Shown: positions 21,721-34,293 of the stretch, piece after piece | Position numbering within the stretch: position 1 is the stretch's first letter | Layout: every line of letters starts with the position of its first letter | Assembly (NCBI RefSeq): GCF_964204645.1 | Contig: NC_134029.1 | Coordinates: forward strand, 16,362,950 to 16,426,949 | DNA length: 64,000 nt | Direction: 5' to 3' | From: Tubulanus polymorphus | Lineage: Eukaryota > Animalia > Nemertea | Notes under the pieces: generated by a model | Seen by the model: only the letters and a program-made list of their open reading frames with translations | Told to the model about the DNA's origin: nothing | Database searches by the model: none | Made by a program: the position numbers and the translations under genes

Positions 21721-24700
21721 AACATGACTTGATAAATTTCCGAAATTCGCAGTCAGGTGTTCAGACTCGGGAATATCTCAATTGGTCAGTTTCTGACCAT
21801 CATGGTGTCACCATGTGGTCTATAGCTCAAATGAAACACGTGGGACCGACGAAAGGGCCCAAAAGCGTAAGTCATTTCCTGAGTGATGTGATCCAAAAAT
21901 GCCCTAACTGGAAAAGGCAGTCTTTCAATTGGACGAAACCAAATCGGACAGAACAATTAAAATTTGGGAAGGCCACAGGCAGTGGTCTTTCTACGAAGCC
22001 CACGCGGTAGGCCTATACTTTGAGCGTATCATTATGAAATCTTTTTTTAAACCACCATGTAGGCCTACCACATTAAGTAATAAGCATCGTTGTAAGCACT
22101 TGAAACACCCATTAACCACTTGAAACTGTCAGATCAAACATCATACCGCATCCCCGCAAAGAGGGGTAGTTCAGCAAACCGGAGCTTTCATTTGCCTATC
22201 TAGACTACCCCGCCAGTACGGGTAGCCGAGCAAACCGGAAAACTCATAATGATTATTAAAGAATGTTTCAAACAAAATGCTTTATATAACGACATGAATA
22301 AACTTGTTTTACAAAACAAGAAAGTACATTTTGAACTTTTGAATGGTCGAATCCCATTTATTCACAGTAACCTGTGATGTGGCGATCCTCGGAGCCATCA
22401 TTCTTGATGACGTCACTAACAAGTGGTCACGGCCGTCGCGTGCACTCATTTCTTTGAAAACCTAGCTTCCTTGCGGAGCGAACCTGGTGACGCTGCGCCC
22501 CGCCCCCTTCGCGCTGAGAAATATCTTATTCCCAGTCAGCAAAGACAGGTTCTAAAGATCATAGAGTGCATCGCTGGAGGGTTTCCGATCCAATTTGAGT
22601 TGGTGCGGTGGCGCTCTCAATGCGGAAGTTTTTGTGAATTTTTCAGTCGGCGACGGACGTTTATCGTTGTAAGTGATGTAATATGTAAAAAAATGCAGGG
22701 AAACCTATCTCAATTTGTTTTTAGCGATGCAGCGGAACTAATAAGGAACATTTTGATATATAAAATAATATTACATAGTACACTATCCCTGATGGAATAA
22801 TAAGCTCCACTCGACAAACTCGTTCCCGTGCATTTTTATCTCTCTGTTTCACACACAGCCCCATCTTCACCCCTCAAGGGATTCGAACCCACTACGCTAA
22901 AGCTGTTCCCCGAACCCCTTGACCTCACGAGTCGTTGGAGTCGTTACTAGCCGACCAGAATCCGTAACAAACGACTTTTTAGGCTTCTATTGGTTTTCCT
23001 GTTAAATGGACCAATCAGCGAACGTTTTACCGAACAAGGAAGTATTACGCAAATCGATATATGACGTCATGCGCAACAGCGCCAGTAATGATATCACGCT
23101 TCGTGAGGCCAGGGGGCTGGTGGAAGCGAGTTCAGGAGTGATACTGGATCCCTGGCAAGCGAGGATGACACAGCCCCTCTACCATCAATGCCTAACCCCT
23201 GTTCGACCAACTGTGGACGTTTTCCTTTGAAACATAAGCTTAATTGTAAAAGATAAGCATTAATCTATTTTAATGCTGCATCTTTATCATGAAACCTAAG
23301 AAAGATTATTCTATTATTTAGGCCTATTCAAATTTTCTGTCCACTACCACGTGGAAATAAGACCCAGTCAAAATTGTGCATCACGCTTTGACGAAGAAAT
23401 TGGTTCTAGGCTATAAATTTTACGACTCAAATGAATCTTTTCCTCAACAAAGCCGCTTTTAGTTTGATGCAAAATAAAATTTGCTTTTAAAATGTGTAAC
23501 TAGGCCTAATCAAAAGGATATTTCAAAAGCAAACTTTGCCGGGCCAAGAGCCATATTGAATTCAATTTCTTCCGAACCATTATGCCTCTTTCATCATAAC
23601 ATTATTTATCCTATTTCAAGATCTTAGGCCTACAAGTAGAGAGAGGGCCTACGTTGGGTTCAAATCGGAATTTTAAGATTTATTTCATTTAATTCCAGGT
23701 TTTCACTGTAGATTATCAAAGACATGTGGCGTTTTGGGAGTTCATAGTTGTTTGATAATCCATCATTTGTAAGTGAAAGGCTATTTGAGGGATTCGAAAC
23801 CGACATTTTGTAAATTTTGTAGCTTTATTACGTTTAATTCCAGATGTTTATCATGACACGTTTCATTTTGGGGGTTTGTCAGCGAGTTGGTATGCTGTCG
23901 GCAGAAGTAGTTTGATAATTCGTTTCATGTAAGTAAACAGCTATTTGAAGGATTCGAAACCGAAATCTGTATTGTGAATTTTTTAGTAGTATTTTGTTTG
24001 ATTCTAGGTGAATAGGACATGATTCATTTTGGGAGTTTGTCCGCGAGTTTGTATACTGTCAAATGAAGTTTCTTCGTCAATTTGTCGTATGTAAGTATCA
24101 ATCTATAGGTTATATAGGCCCTATTAGGGGTTCGATACAGAAATTTGGTGAATTCCTCAGATTTATTTTAATTTATTCCAGGTTGTTATCAGAAAAATAT
24201 GTACTTTATTTCATAGGTTGGTCTTTGATTGAAAACTAAAAATGGATGATAGTTCTAAATTTGATGTTGATTCACATAACCAATCTAGTAAGTATGGCTC
24301 ACTCGTCTTTTAGAATAAGAGACCTATTGCATTAATCCTTCAATTCAAGTTGCTATACAACCTTTTATACAGATATTTACCTTATCAATATAAACACGTA
24401 TTTGCCATTAGCCATACAATTCAGTAAAACTGTTCCCGTCCAGATTTTGAAACATCATTTGACTCAATTTTTCCTCCTAGAAAATTGCTTTAGCTCATTC
24501 CAATGTTCGCAGTAAAAGTGAATGTAGCATGTATGATTCCCATCCATCAATTTTGTCTTGTTTCGTATTTTTAGCGAAAATCTCGAAAAAGTCTGACGTC
24601 GAGGCAGGTGGCTGCCAGACAAAGACATATTCTTGGGAAATATTTAAAGACGCATGGCAAACACACTTATTGTTCAATTTTTTCCTATCCTTATTTTGAA

Positions 24701-25999
24701 ATTGAAGTATTATAATAAACTATTGATTTATTTTTGTTGATCAACGCAACTAGTTTTGTTTTCTTTCTTAATTTACATTTGAATTGGATGGTCATCTTGC
24801 GTAGGAGTCAGTTTGTCATCGAAGCAATACAGTCTAACTTGTTGACGTCTCAGATGCAGCGGGGCAGGGCGGTCATTATATTGTGGACTTATCCAAATTA
24901 CACTTACACAGCCCAACGTGTTTCAGTGTGTAAACTCCGTCGTACTCGGCATTATAAGACAGTGAGGAATTGAGTTTTAGTCACCTGAGCCCTCGGCTTG
25001 ATTCGACCAAAAAGACCTTAACTGACTTCACAGAATTTGATTATGAGTCAAGGATTTTCTAAATTTCTGAATGCTTTCTCTGGTTTTAAGATCAATTCAA
25101 ATTCAATCTTCAAAATATTTTATTGAAAGAAATTCTACTGAATACAGATTTTGAAATGAAGGATATATCCAGGCAAATAATTATAGCAAAATCAACTGAT
25201 GATCATCAAGGTGAAGTTTTCATTCATCTTCGGCTAATTTGTTTACCCCTGATGATTGAAGCATTTTGGTTACTCGTGCCAATTAGTCAGCCACAGTCGA
25301 TTTTCATGCCATCTGACCTCTTTCCATCTGTAATTAAGCAATCAAATGTAAGAATTACTTAGGTAAGGAGCGAAATAATATATAGATATCTTAGGAGACT
25401 ATTTGAAATCTTGAGTTTGTTGTGAAAATCTATTACTACAGTCTCGTAGAGCATAGACACCAAGCCACGTGGCATTGGTATTTTAAGGGCTATTCAGTTT
25501 ACTCCAAAACAAGCAATGATTAACATTAAAAAAGCTTCATATCAAGGGTATGTTGCAGGACTCGTGACGCCCATGAATTATCATCCCATAATTACAATGA
25601 ATCCAATTCTGCATGTACGTTAGCACGACTGATTACTAATCCAAATATTGCATTACAAAAAAAAAATTAACGTCAAGTACTTACAGCATCTGAGACAGTT
25701 GCGCTTAAGTTAGCCTGTTAAGTTACGTCTTTGGCTGTCAATGTCGAAAAAGCCTAATTTTAAACATACATTTGCGCACTGTGGTTTAATATTCCTGCAA
25801 GAATCCGCAAAGGAATTGAAGACCGTAGTGCCCAGTTCATTCCACGAATAATAGCTGGAAAGAAAGTAATCAAAATAAATTGTCATGCACATTCAGTGTA
25901 AACCAGGCCATAACTAGCTGCTATTAAGGCATTCCACTGACTGGCTCTACCCATTATATTTAGGGCCTAAATCTATTCTAGGCGCATACCCCAAAAAAG

Positions 26000-26547
26000 C
26001 TAATGTCTATTTATTAATTGATGAGACCTGTTTTTCTGGGATATTTTGCTTACTTTTTGGGGTACATACCTCATTTATGTCTTAACAGAATGCCAAAAAT
26101 CGCGGACAACAACTGAATATCTGATATATTTCCAGTTCTGTACCAATTAGATGGATTGGCAAAAAGACTCCTTAAGTCCAGTTTAATGAGAGAGAAAATC
26201 CTCCATTTTGTCAAATTTCTTGGATTTGAACATTGTTACCATGCCTACGCCACCCTGATTTAGTTGTTGAGACCCCACAAGAAAAATAACTTCATTTCGT
26301 AGGCATGGTGACAATGTAAAAATTCAAGAAATTTCACAAAATGGAGGATTTTCTCTCTCATTCAATTGGACTTAAGGAGTCTTTTTGCCAATCCATCTAA
26401 TTGGTACAGAACTGGAAATATATCGGATATTCAGTTGTTGTCCGCGACTTTTGGCATTCTGTTAAGACATAAATGAGGTATGTACCCCAAAAAGTAAGCA
26501 AAATATCCAAGAAAAACAGGTCTCATCAATTAATAAATAGACAGTAG
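26000..26547. mobile_element. Near-perfect palindromic element (250-bp arms, 48-bp spacer)
   Basis: 26000-26249 is the reverse complement of 26298-26547 with few mismatches; one arm recurs at 41365-41608. Confidence 0.88.
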
Positions 26548-27259
26548 GCATTAAGTAAGTAGCCAACAATGATCATTGCTTCACCGAGTAGGCCTACTCA
26601 TTTGCTACCATACTCATATTATTAAAGAAATCATTTAATACATTCCCTGGTTAACGGATTCTCACCTTAAAATACATCATAGAACTATAACGGAATATCC
26701 GTTATAGTTCTATGAATACATAAACTCCGCTGTCATCGTTGTCATCGATACGAGTCGTCAACTGAACGCGGAAGTAAAATTCCGTGTGGAAATTCCTACA
26801 ATTTCTGTCCATATCACGTTGATTTGACCCCGAAATCTTCAGGAAATGTAGCCAACGTAAATTGATTTACGAATAGAATTAATCAATTCACTCATTTTAG
26901 AAATCATGGTTTCGTGAAATTCATTAAAGTCCTAAAACTCGCGATAAATTTAAGCCGAAAATGATTTCAACCATCCACACTATCGTGAAGTGAGCCTGTT
27001 ATTCCAGCCTCGTATTCAGATATAGTGTGTACACACTGTATAGCTGCCTGTAGATACTGTTGACATGAAATGTATAACTTAACACTTTGACCGGACGAAA
27101 CGACGATCATTCAATAAAGTCACCGGGGCAGAAGAGTGATCAATAATTGTTTTATATAATTAAAATGTGTAGTGATTTTCGTAAATTTCATAGATTTTCA
27201 TCGAAATGTATTTTACATCAATTATGCCTGTTAAAATTCAAATATGTCTAAAAGTAAAA

Positions 27260-30200
27260 CAAGGCTACCTGAAAATTAATTTCTCTATTCTTCGTGTTGA
27301 TTTAAAGCAGATGTCTTCATTTGTTCATAGTAAAAAATACGCAATATTTCAACGCACGATTGCATCATGGCTCAACATGTTAACATTAAAATTCAAAATC
27401 AAATTTCTCTAAAACTAAAACCTCAGGGTTCCTGAAAATTAAGTATATTATTAAGGAAACTCTATTCTTTAAGTTGATTTAAGCCAGATGTCTGTGCATT
27501 GATTTGATCATAGTAAAAAAACGCGTTATTTCAATACACGATTGCATCATTGCGTGATATTTAAAAAGTTAAAATTCATAATGAGATTTCTCTGAAACTC
27601 TGAAACCTGAGACTTCCTTAAAATTAAGCATATTAATAAGCACACTCTGATGTAAAGTTGATGTAAAGCAGATGTCTGTGCATTGGTTTGATTATAGTAA
27701 AAAATGCGTCATTTCAATAGACGATAGCATCGTGGCACGATATTCAAAAATTAAAACTAAAAATCAAATTTCTCTTAAACTCAAACCTGAGGATAATTAA
27801 GTTTATTAACTCTAGTCTTTAAGTTGATTCAAGGCAGATGTCTGTGCATTGATTTGTTCATAGTAAAAAAACGCGTCATTTCAATACATGATTGCATCAT
27901 TGCGCGATATTCAGAAATTTAAATTTCAAAAAATAAAATTCCATTAAACTAAAACCTGAGGCTTTCTGAAAATCGAGAATATTATAAAGGAAACTCTATT
28001 ATTAAGGCAGATGTCTGTGCAATGATTTGATCATAGTAAAAAATGCAATATTTCAATACACGACTGCATCAAGGCGCAGTATCTAAAAATTAAAATTCAA
28101 AATCAAATTTCTCTAAAACTAAAACCTGAGGCTTTCTGAAAATCAAGTATATTAATAAGGAAACTCTATTCTTTAAGTTGATTTAAGGCAGATGTCTGTG
28201 CATTGATTTGATCATAGTAAAAAAAACGCGTCATTTCAATACGCGATTGCATCATTGCGCGATATTTAAAAAGTTAAAATTCAAAATCAAATTCCTCTTA
28301 AACTAAAACCTGAGGCTTTCTGAAAATCCAGTATAATATTCAGGAAACTCTATTCTTTAAGTTGATTTAAGGCAGATGTCTGTGCATTGATTTGATCATA
28401 GTAAAAAAACGCGTCATTTCAATACGCGATTGCATCATTGCGCGATATTTAAAAAGTTAAAATTCAAAATCAAATTCCTCTTAAACTAAAACCTGAGGCT
28501 TTCTGAAAATCCAGTATAATATTCAGGAAACTCTATTCTTTAAGATGATTTAAGGCAGATGTCTGTGCATTGATTTGATCATAGTAAAAAAACGCGTCAT
28601 TTCAATACACGATTGCATCATGGCACGATATTCAGAAATTTAAATTTCAAGATTAAATTTCTCTAAAATTAAAACCTGAGGGTTCCTGAAAATTAAGTAT
28701 ATTAATAAGCAACCTCTATTCTTTAAGTTGATTCAAGGCAGATGTCTGTGCATTGATTTGATCATAGTAAAAAAACGCGTCATTTCAATACACAATTGCA
28801 TCATGGCACGATATTCAGAAATTTAAATTTCAAGATTAAATTTCTCTAAAACTAAAACCTGAGGGTTCCTGAAAATTAAGTATATTAATAAGCAAACTCT
28901 ATTCTTTAAGTACATTTAAGGCAGATGTCTGTGCATTGATTTGATCATAGTAAAAAAATGCGTCATTTCAATACACGATTGCATCATGGCGCGATATTCA
29001 GAAATTTAAATTTCAAGATTAAATTTCTCTAAAATTAAAACCTGAGGGTTCCTGAAAATTAAGTATATTAATAAGCAAACTCTATTCTTTAAGTTGATTC
29101 AAGGCAGATGTCTGTGCATTGATTTGATCATAGTAAAAAAACGCGTCATTTCAATACACAATTGCATCATGGCACGATATTCAGAAATTTAAATTTCAAG
29201 ATTAAATTTCTCTAAAACTAAAACCTGAGGGTTCCTGAAAATTAGGTATATTAATAAGCAAACTCTATTCTTTAAGTACATTTAAGGCAGATGTCTGTGC
29301 ATTGATTTGATCATAGTAAAAAAATGCGTCATTTCAATACACGATTGCATCATGGCGCGATATTCAGAAATTTAAATTTCAAGATTAAATTTCTCGAAAA
29401 CCAAAACCTGAGGGTTCCTGAAAATTAAGTATATTAATAAGCAAACTCTATTCTTTAAGTTGATTCAAGGCAGATGTCTGTGCATTGATTTGATCATAGT
29501 AAAAAAACGCGTCATTTCAATACACGTTTGCATCATTGCGCGATATTCAGAAATTTAAATTTCAAGATTAAATTTCTCGAAAACTAAAACCTGAGGGTTC
29601 CTGAAAATTAAGTATATTAATAAGCAAACTCTATTCTTTAAGTTGATTCAAGGCAGATGTCTGTGCATTGATTTGATCATAGTGAAAAAACGCGTCATTT
29701 CAATACACGATTGCATCATGGCGCGATATTCAGAAATTTAAATTTCAAAATCAAATTTCTCTTAAACTAAAACCTGAGGGTTCCTGAAAAGTAAGTATAT
29801 TGATAAGCAAACTGTAGTCTTTGAGATGATGTAAAGCGCATGTCTGTGCATTGATTTGATCATAGTAAAAAAAACGCGTCATTTCAATACACGATTGCAT
29901 CATGGCACGATATTTAAAAAGTTAAAATTCAAAATCAAATTTCTCTAAAACTAAAACCTGAGGCTTTCTGAAAATCCAGTATAATATTCAAGAAACTCTA
30001 TTCTTTAAGTTGATTTAAGGCAGATGTCTGTGCATTGATTTGATCATAGTAAAAAAACGCGTCATTTCAATACACGATTGCATCATGGCGCGATATTCAG
30101 AAATTTAAATTTCAAAATCAAATTTCTCTAAAACTAAAACCTGGGGCTTTCTGAAAATCAAGTATAATATTCAGGAAACTCTATTCTTTAAGTTGACTTA

Positions 30201-30330
30201 AGACAAAAAGAATTTCTTTTATCTGAATTTTTTAAATATCTATAAGTTGATGTTAGGCAGAAGTCTGTGCATTGGTTTTTACGTGGTATTGCAATAAACA
30301 TTTGCACCATGGAGCGATATTCAAAACGAA
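27260..30330 (+). repeat. Left arm: about 16 copies of a 183-bp satellite
   Basis: GGCAGATGTCTGTGCATTGATTTGATCATAG recurs at 28187, 28371, 28554, 28737, 28920, 29103, 29286, 29469, 29652 and onward. Confidence 0.97.
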
Positions 30331-30941
30331 CACGAACACGTAAAACATAATTAATGAAAATGGCGTTTCATTAAAATTTCTCACGGTTTATACCTCCTTT
30401 CGTTGGCTACTTATATGAAGTAAAATGTAAAAATTTGAAGCAAAGCGAGGAGGCGCTGCACAAACTGCTCTTTCTGGACATATGACTGGCCCTTATAAGG
30501 GCCTATGATACGGGGATAGCTTTTGACCATAACGATGTTGCTGCATTCGATGTCAGCCGAATATACTCAGCCTTATTTTTTAATGCACCTTTATCAATTT
30601 CCTTGTCAATGCTGCTACTGCTGCCGTTGTTTCCGTCATCATCGCTTTCTTCAGAAGCGGCTAACAAAGAGGTTTGCATGGCTTTAACAATATCAGCATA
30701 TGTTATCGGTGAGGATATGGTCGATTCTATGCAACTCGAATTCGATGAGCTGGTCAAATCAACTTCATTTTGAATGTTATTGCAGGATTCCTACAAATAA
30801 ATATTACTATCAGTCACGGTGCAAAAAGTGCAGATCTGTTCGAAAAATACTTATTTTTTGATAGATGGTGTATTGCTGCACTTTACCGAACTTTGATTGT
30901 GTACGGGGACACAGGTAGAACAATTCGAAACCTATATAAAT

Positions 30942-32010
30942 GGCTAAAAATGATACCTTGTTTCTCATCTATAGAGGAAAACTGTATGCCCAAAAGTGAC
31001 CAGGCAGGCAGCATTTTATTTTTATTTTTTCCATAAAAAGTATGAAATTTGACATATTTCCACCAGGCCGGCCTTTCTTTATTTTCATTTCAAAACTGTT
31101 TCCACTGAAATTTTTGAGATAAAAAAGATGTACAGGATATGGTTTTTAGAAGTTCTTACTGTTTGTCAAATACCATTATAGTATACTTGTAGGTCTAGTT
31201 TGATTTCCAGATGTTGGATCATTCATATCTTCCTGTTTTCCCCAATTTTCGAGGGTACGTTAACTATTCAACTATTTTTCTAAATAGCCAGAATGGAAAC
31301 AATAAGCAAGAGACTCTGCCTAGTTTAGCTGCCAAACCTTGGATCATTCCCAACTACCGAGGATTTTTCGCTCATGGCTACAAAGCGTTCTATAGAATAA
31401 GCTTTAGTAAATATCGAAGAAACGCCATTAGTATGGGGAGTTGGCGTGATTCAATCGCATGAAAATACTTATTTAGTGCCACGAATTAAATATCTAAAAG
31501 TAAATGAAATTATGAAAATCTCCAAATCCCAGACAAGAATCATCATGAACCAAATATAAATTACCTTATATTTCCAATTTGAATCTGATTTTTAAATTTC
31601 AACTTCAAAAACATTTTTTTTAAATTTCTTTATGAAACAAGAGTTTCGAAAGTCGAAATGATTGAGTGATTAAGTCGAAATGATCGAGTGTATTTCTGTT
31701 AAAAGCAAAGGTGTCCAGACTAATCTAGAAGTCTGGACACCAGTCGACGTTACGGGTTCTGGAACAACGACGATACTACCCAGGAGTGTTGGCGTAGGTT
31801 CAAGTCCCGACCTCACGCTATTCGGCATCTGATTTTAAACAAGTAAATTCATTACCATATACTACTTATATTGACCCACCCGGTCGGTTTTTATCTGCAT
31901 CATAAAAATAAGAAGGTAATAGGCCCGGTCGGCAGCATTTATTTTTATGATTTTTGTCGTACTTTATGGGACTCGGTCGGAGAATGGGAAACAGGGTATC
32001 ATTTTTTGCC
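30942..32010. mobile_element. MITE-like insertion in the foldback core
   Basis: TIR GGC(T/A)AAAAATGATACC(T/C)TGTTTC at both ends; contains a tRNA T-loop-like GGTTCAAGTCC near 31797. Confidence 0.6.
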
Positions 32011-32461
32011 TTAAACTGAGAAAATGAAATAATCAATAAATTACTGGTGCAGGTTGATCAAAGGCGAAAACAACAGCAAAATACGCGAAGTTGAGTTTTA
32101 TACCAAACATCATATAATTTACGGGTGAATAACCATGGACAGTGGTAATAACTAGCTTTCTTCAAGCATCAGAGAGGGGATTTAAAATCAGTGGTGATTT
32201 GGAGAGGGGATTATTTCTTAGCCCTTAACACCAGGAGCAGAATTTTCAGCGCAGCACAAGAGCGCATTTTGCTGTCATCACTTTTGGAGTAATAACGCAT
32301 GTGCATTGACTACGAATGCTGCGCAAAGGCTTAATTAACTACTTGTCATCGGCTTCTGCTAATTTGTTGCCCACACCTTGCTATGATCACCTACAGGCCT
32401 ACCTCTACTCTCTTTTGCGGATGCATCCATATTACATAGTTTGAATCTAATTCAGACGAAG

Positions 32462-33170
32462 AATCATCATGTAAAGACTGTAATATGATGTACATCGGCG
32501 AAACGGGACGTAATCTTAGTCAGCGTATTAAAGAACACAACATAGATATCCGCACCCAAAAGCCTGAGAGTGGAATAGCAAATCATGTCTTTACAACTAA
32601 TCACCAATTTGACTTTCAGAATTCGAAACTTATTTATCCTTGTAAAGATATTAATAAGAGACACATAGTGGAATCAGCCCTAATATGTAAACTTTCGAAA
32701 TCCAATTTATCTACTAATTTAAATACTGGTTTTTCTCCACATAACCAATTATTATCCAGACACATCAATTCTTTATTAGATTTGGGTTAATGTCACTATG
32801 TGTCACTCTGTTATCGCCACCCTCTTCAGTCCACTTCACTTAGTTACATAATTTGTTTTTACTCTGAACTGTTTAGAATTGCTGTGGTTTCCACGGTACC
32901 CCTTGATGTTTTATTGCTTGGTCTGTTTATCTTTAGTTTTGACACACTGCTTCTATTTTAGATCCTGTGAGTTTATATGCTTTGTAACTTGTTTTTCTGG
33001 TCATTCCACCTGATGATGGCTGCTAGTCAACAGCCGAAACGTTGTGGTTTCGTAATGATAAATTTGATCGTATAATTTTAAATTCGAAGTGTGAGATTTC
33101 TTCATTTATCATCGCTGATATTTATAATGAATTTGTCAACCAAATCATTTGCATTATAAACTGACTTGTG
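32462..33170 (+). mobile_element. 5'-truncated Penelope-like retroelement: GIY-YIG C-terminus plus pseudo-LTR
   Basis: CKDCNMMYIGETGRNLSQRIKEH...SGIANH...ESALI...N (ORF ends 32790), followed by a T-rich region containing a hammerhead. Confidence 0.88.
33006..33047 (+). ncRNA. Minimal type I hammerhead ribozyme of the Penelope pseudo-LTR
   Basis: CCAC-CTGATGA-T-GGCTG-(CTAGTCAA)-CAGCC-GAAAC-GTT-GTGG: both core boxes, stem I CCAC/GTGG, stem II GGCTG/CAGCC, palindromic AACGTT stem III. Confidence 0.85.
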
Positions 33171-34293
33171 TAATATCAGGGAGGTGGGAGTGAACTCCCA
33201 CCTCCCTGGTGGAGATGCAAGTTATGTGTGTGTAGTTATTCACTCTTGGTGGACGCTGGGCTGCAGTGGGTCAGCACATCTGTGATGGATCATTTGTGTA
33301 GCAGCTATCTGACAGCTCACAGCAGTAGCTGCTCTTTGATATGGAGAAAAAGCCGCACGTCAACTCATTATGAATAGACTTTACATCGTGTTTGTCTTTG
33401 TGTTTGTTTTGATCATTGCGCGCAGTGGGTGACGTCACGCGGAGCGTCCAAACTTAAATGGTCCAAAAGTCTACGAAACCATGAAATCGATACTAAAACA
33501 TATAAACGACCATTCATTTGGCACCAAAAACTTGTTCATGCGTAGCGTACAGACCGCCCCCAACCCGTGACGAAATTTCGCCACAAGGGTAAAGGAGCAT
33601 GGAACTTAACCTTCAGCGATAAAAGAACATTTAACATCATGTGGAAATCGTACATCGAACTTCTGGCAGAAGTGACTTTTAAATCACCATCAAACAGGCA
33701 TAAAATCCGAAAAACCAAGTATCAACTAACACGAATTTCACGCCTGCACGACATTCTTTGTAATTAGTATTAGTAATCACTATCAATATTCATAAGGACT
33801 ATACAGTATAAATGTTTTTACACTAGGCATAGATTGTATCTATTCCTCACATTTCGCTGTGTTTTATCGGTCCGCACTTCTCATCTGAGGGTGTCAGCTA
33901 ATCTCAAATAGACATTCCCATTAAACAGCATGTGTAGGTGAAATAGAATGTTATATTCCATCATTTTCAACGCTTTGGTTATGCGGCAAAATAAATGAAC
34001 AATATACTTCTTTGAACCTAACAATTATTATCCTGATCTTGAAATTATTAAGTGGCTAACTAAAACGTTGGGATTTTTCCACTACATCCTCATTATTCAA
34101 TCATACGTACATGTAACATTGAATCTTTAAACAAAACTACTTCATGGACGTATAAACATTTTTATAAATCATTGATATTATATAATCTTACGTTGCATAA
34201 CTATCAGTTGCGTAAGCAAAAGTCACTGCTCTAACTAGTTTAAGGCGCGCAACAATTTCAAACCAGTTCTTACCAGATTATTACCCGGTTTAC

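Noticed and set aside
22870-22960. tRNA genes at GGTTCGAA-like motifs (22880, 31797, 43262, 50829, 55490)
   Set aside because: Only B-box/T-loop motifs; no full cloverleaf; probably SINE- or MITE-borne
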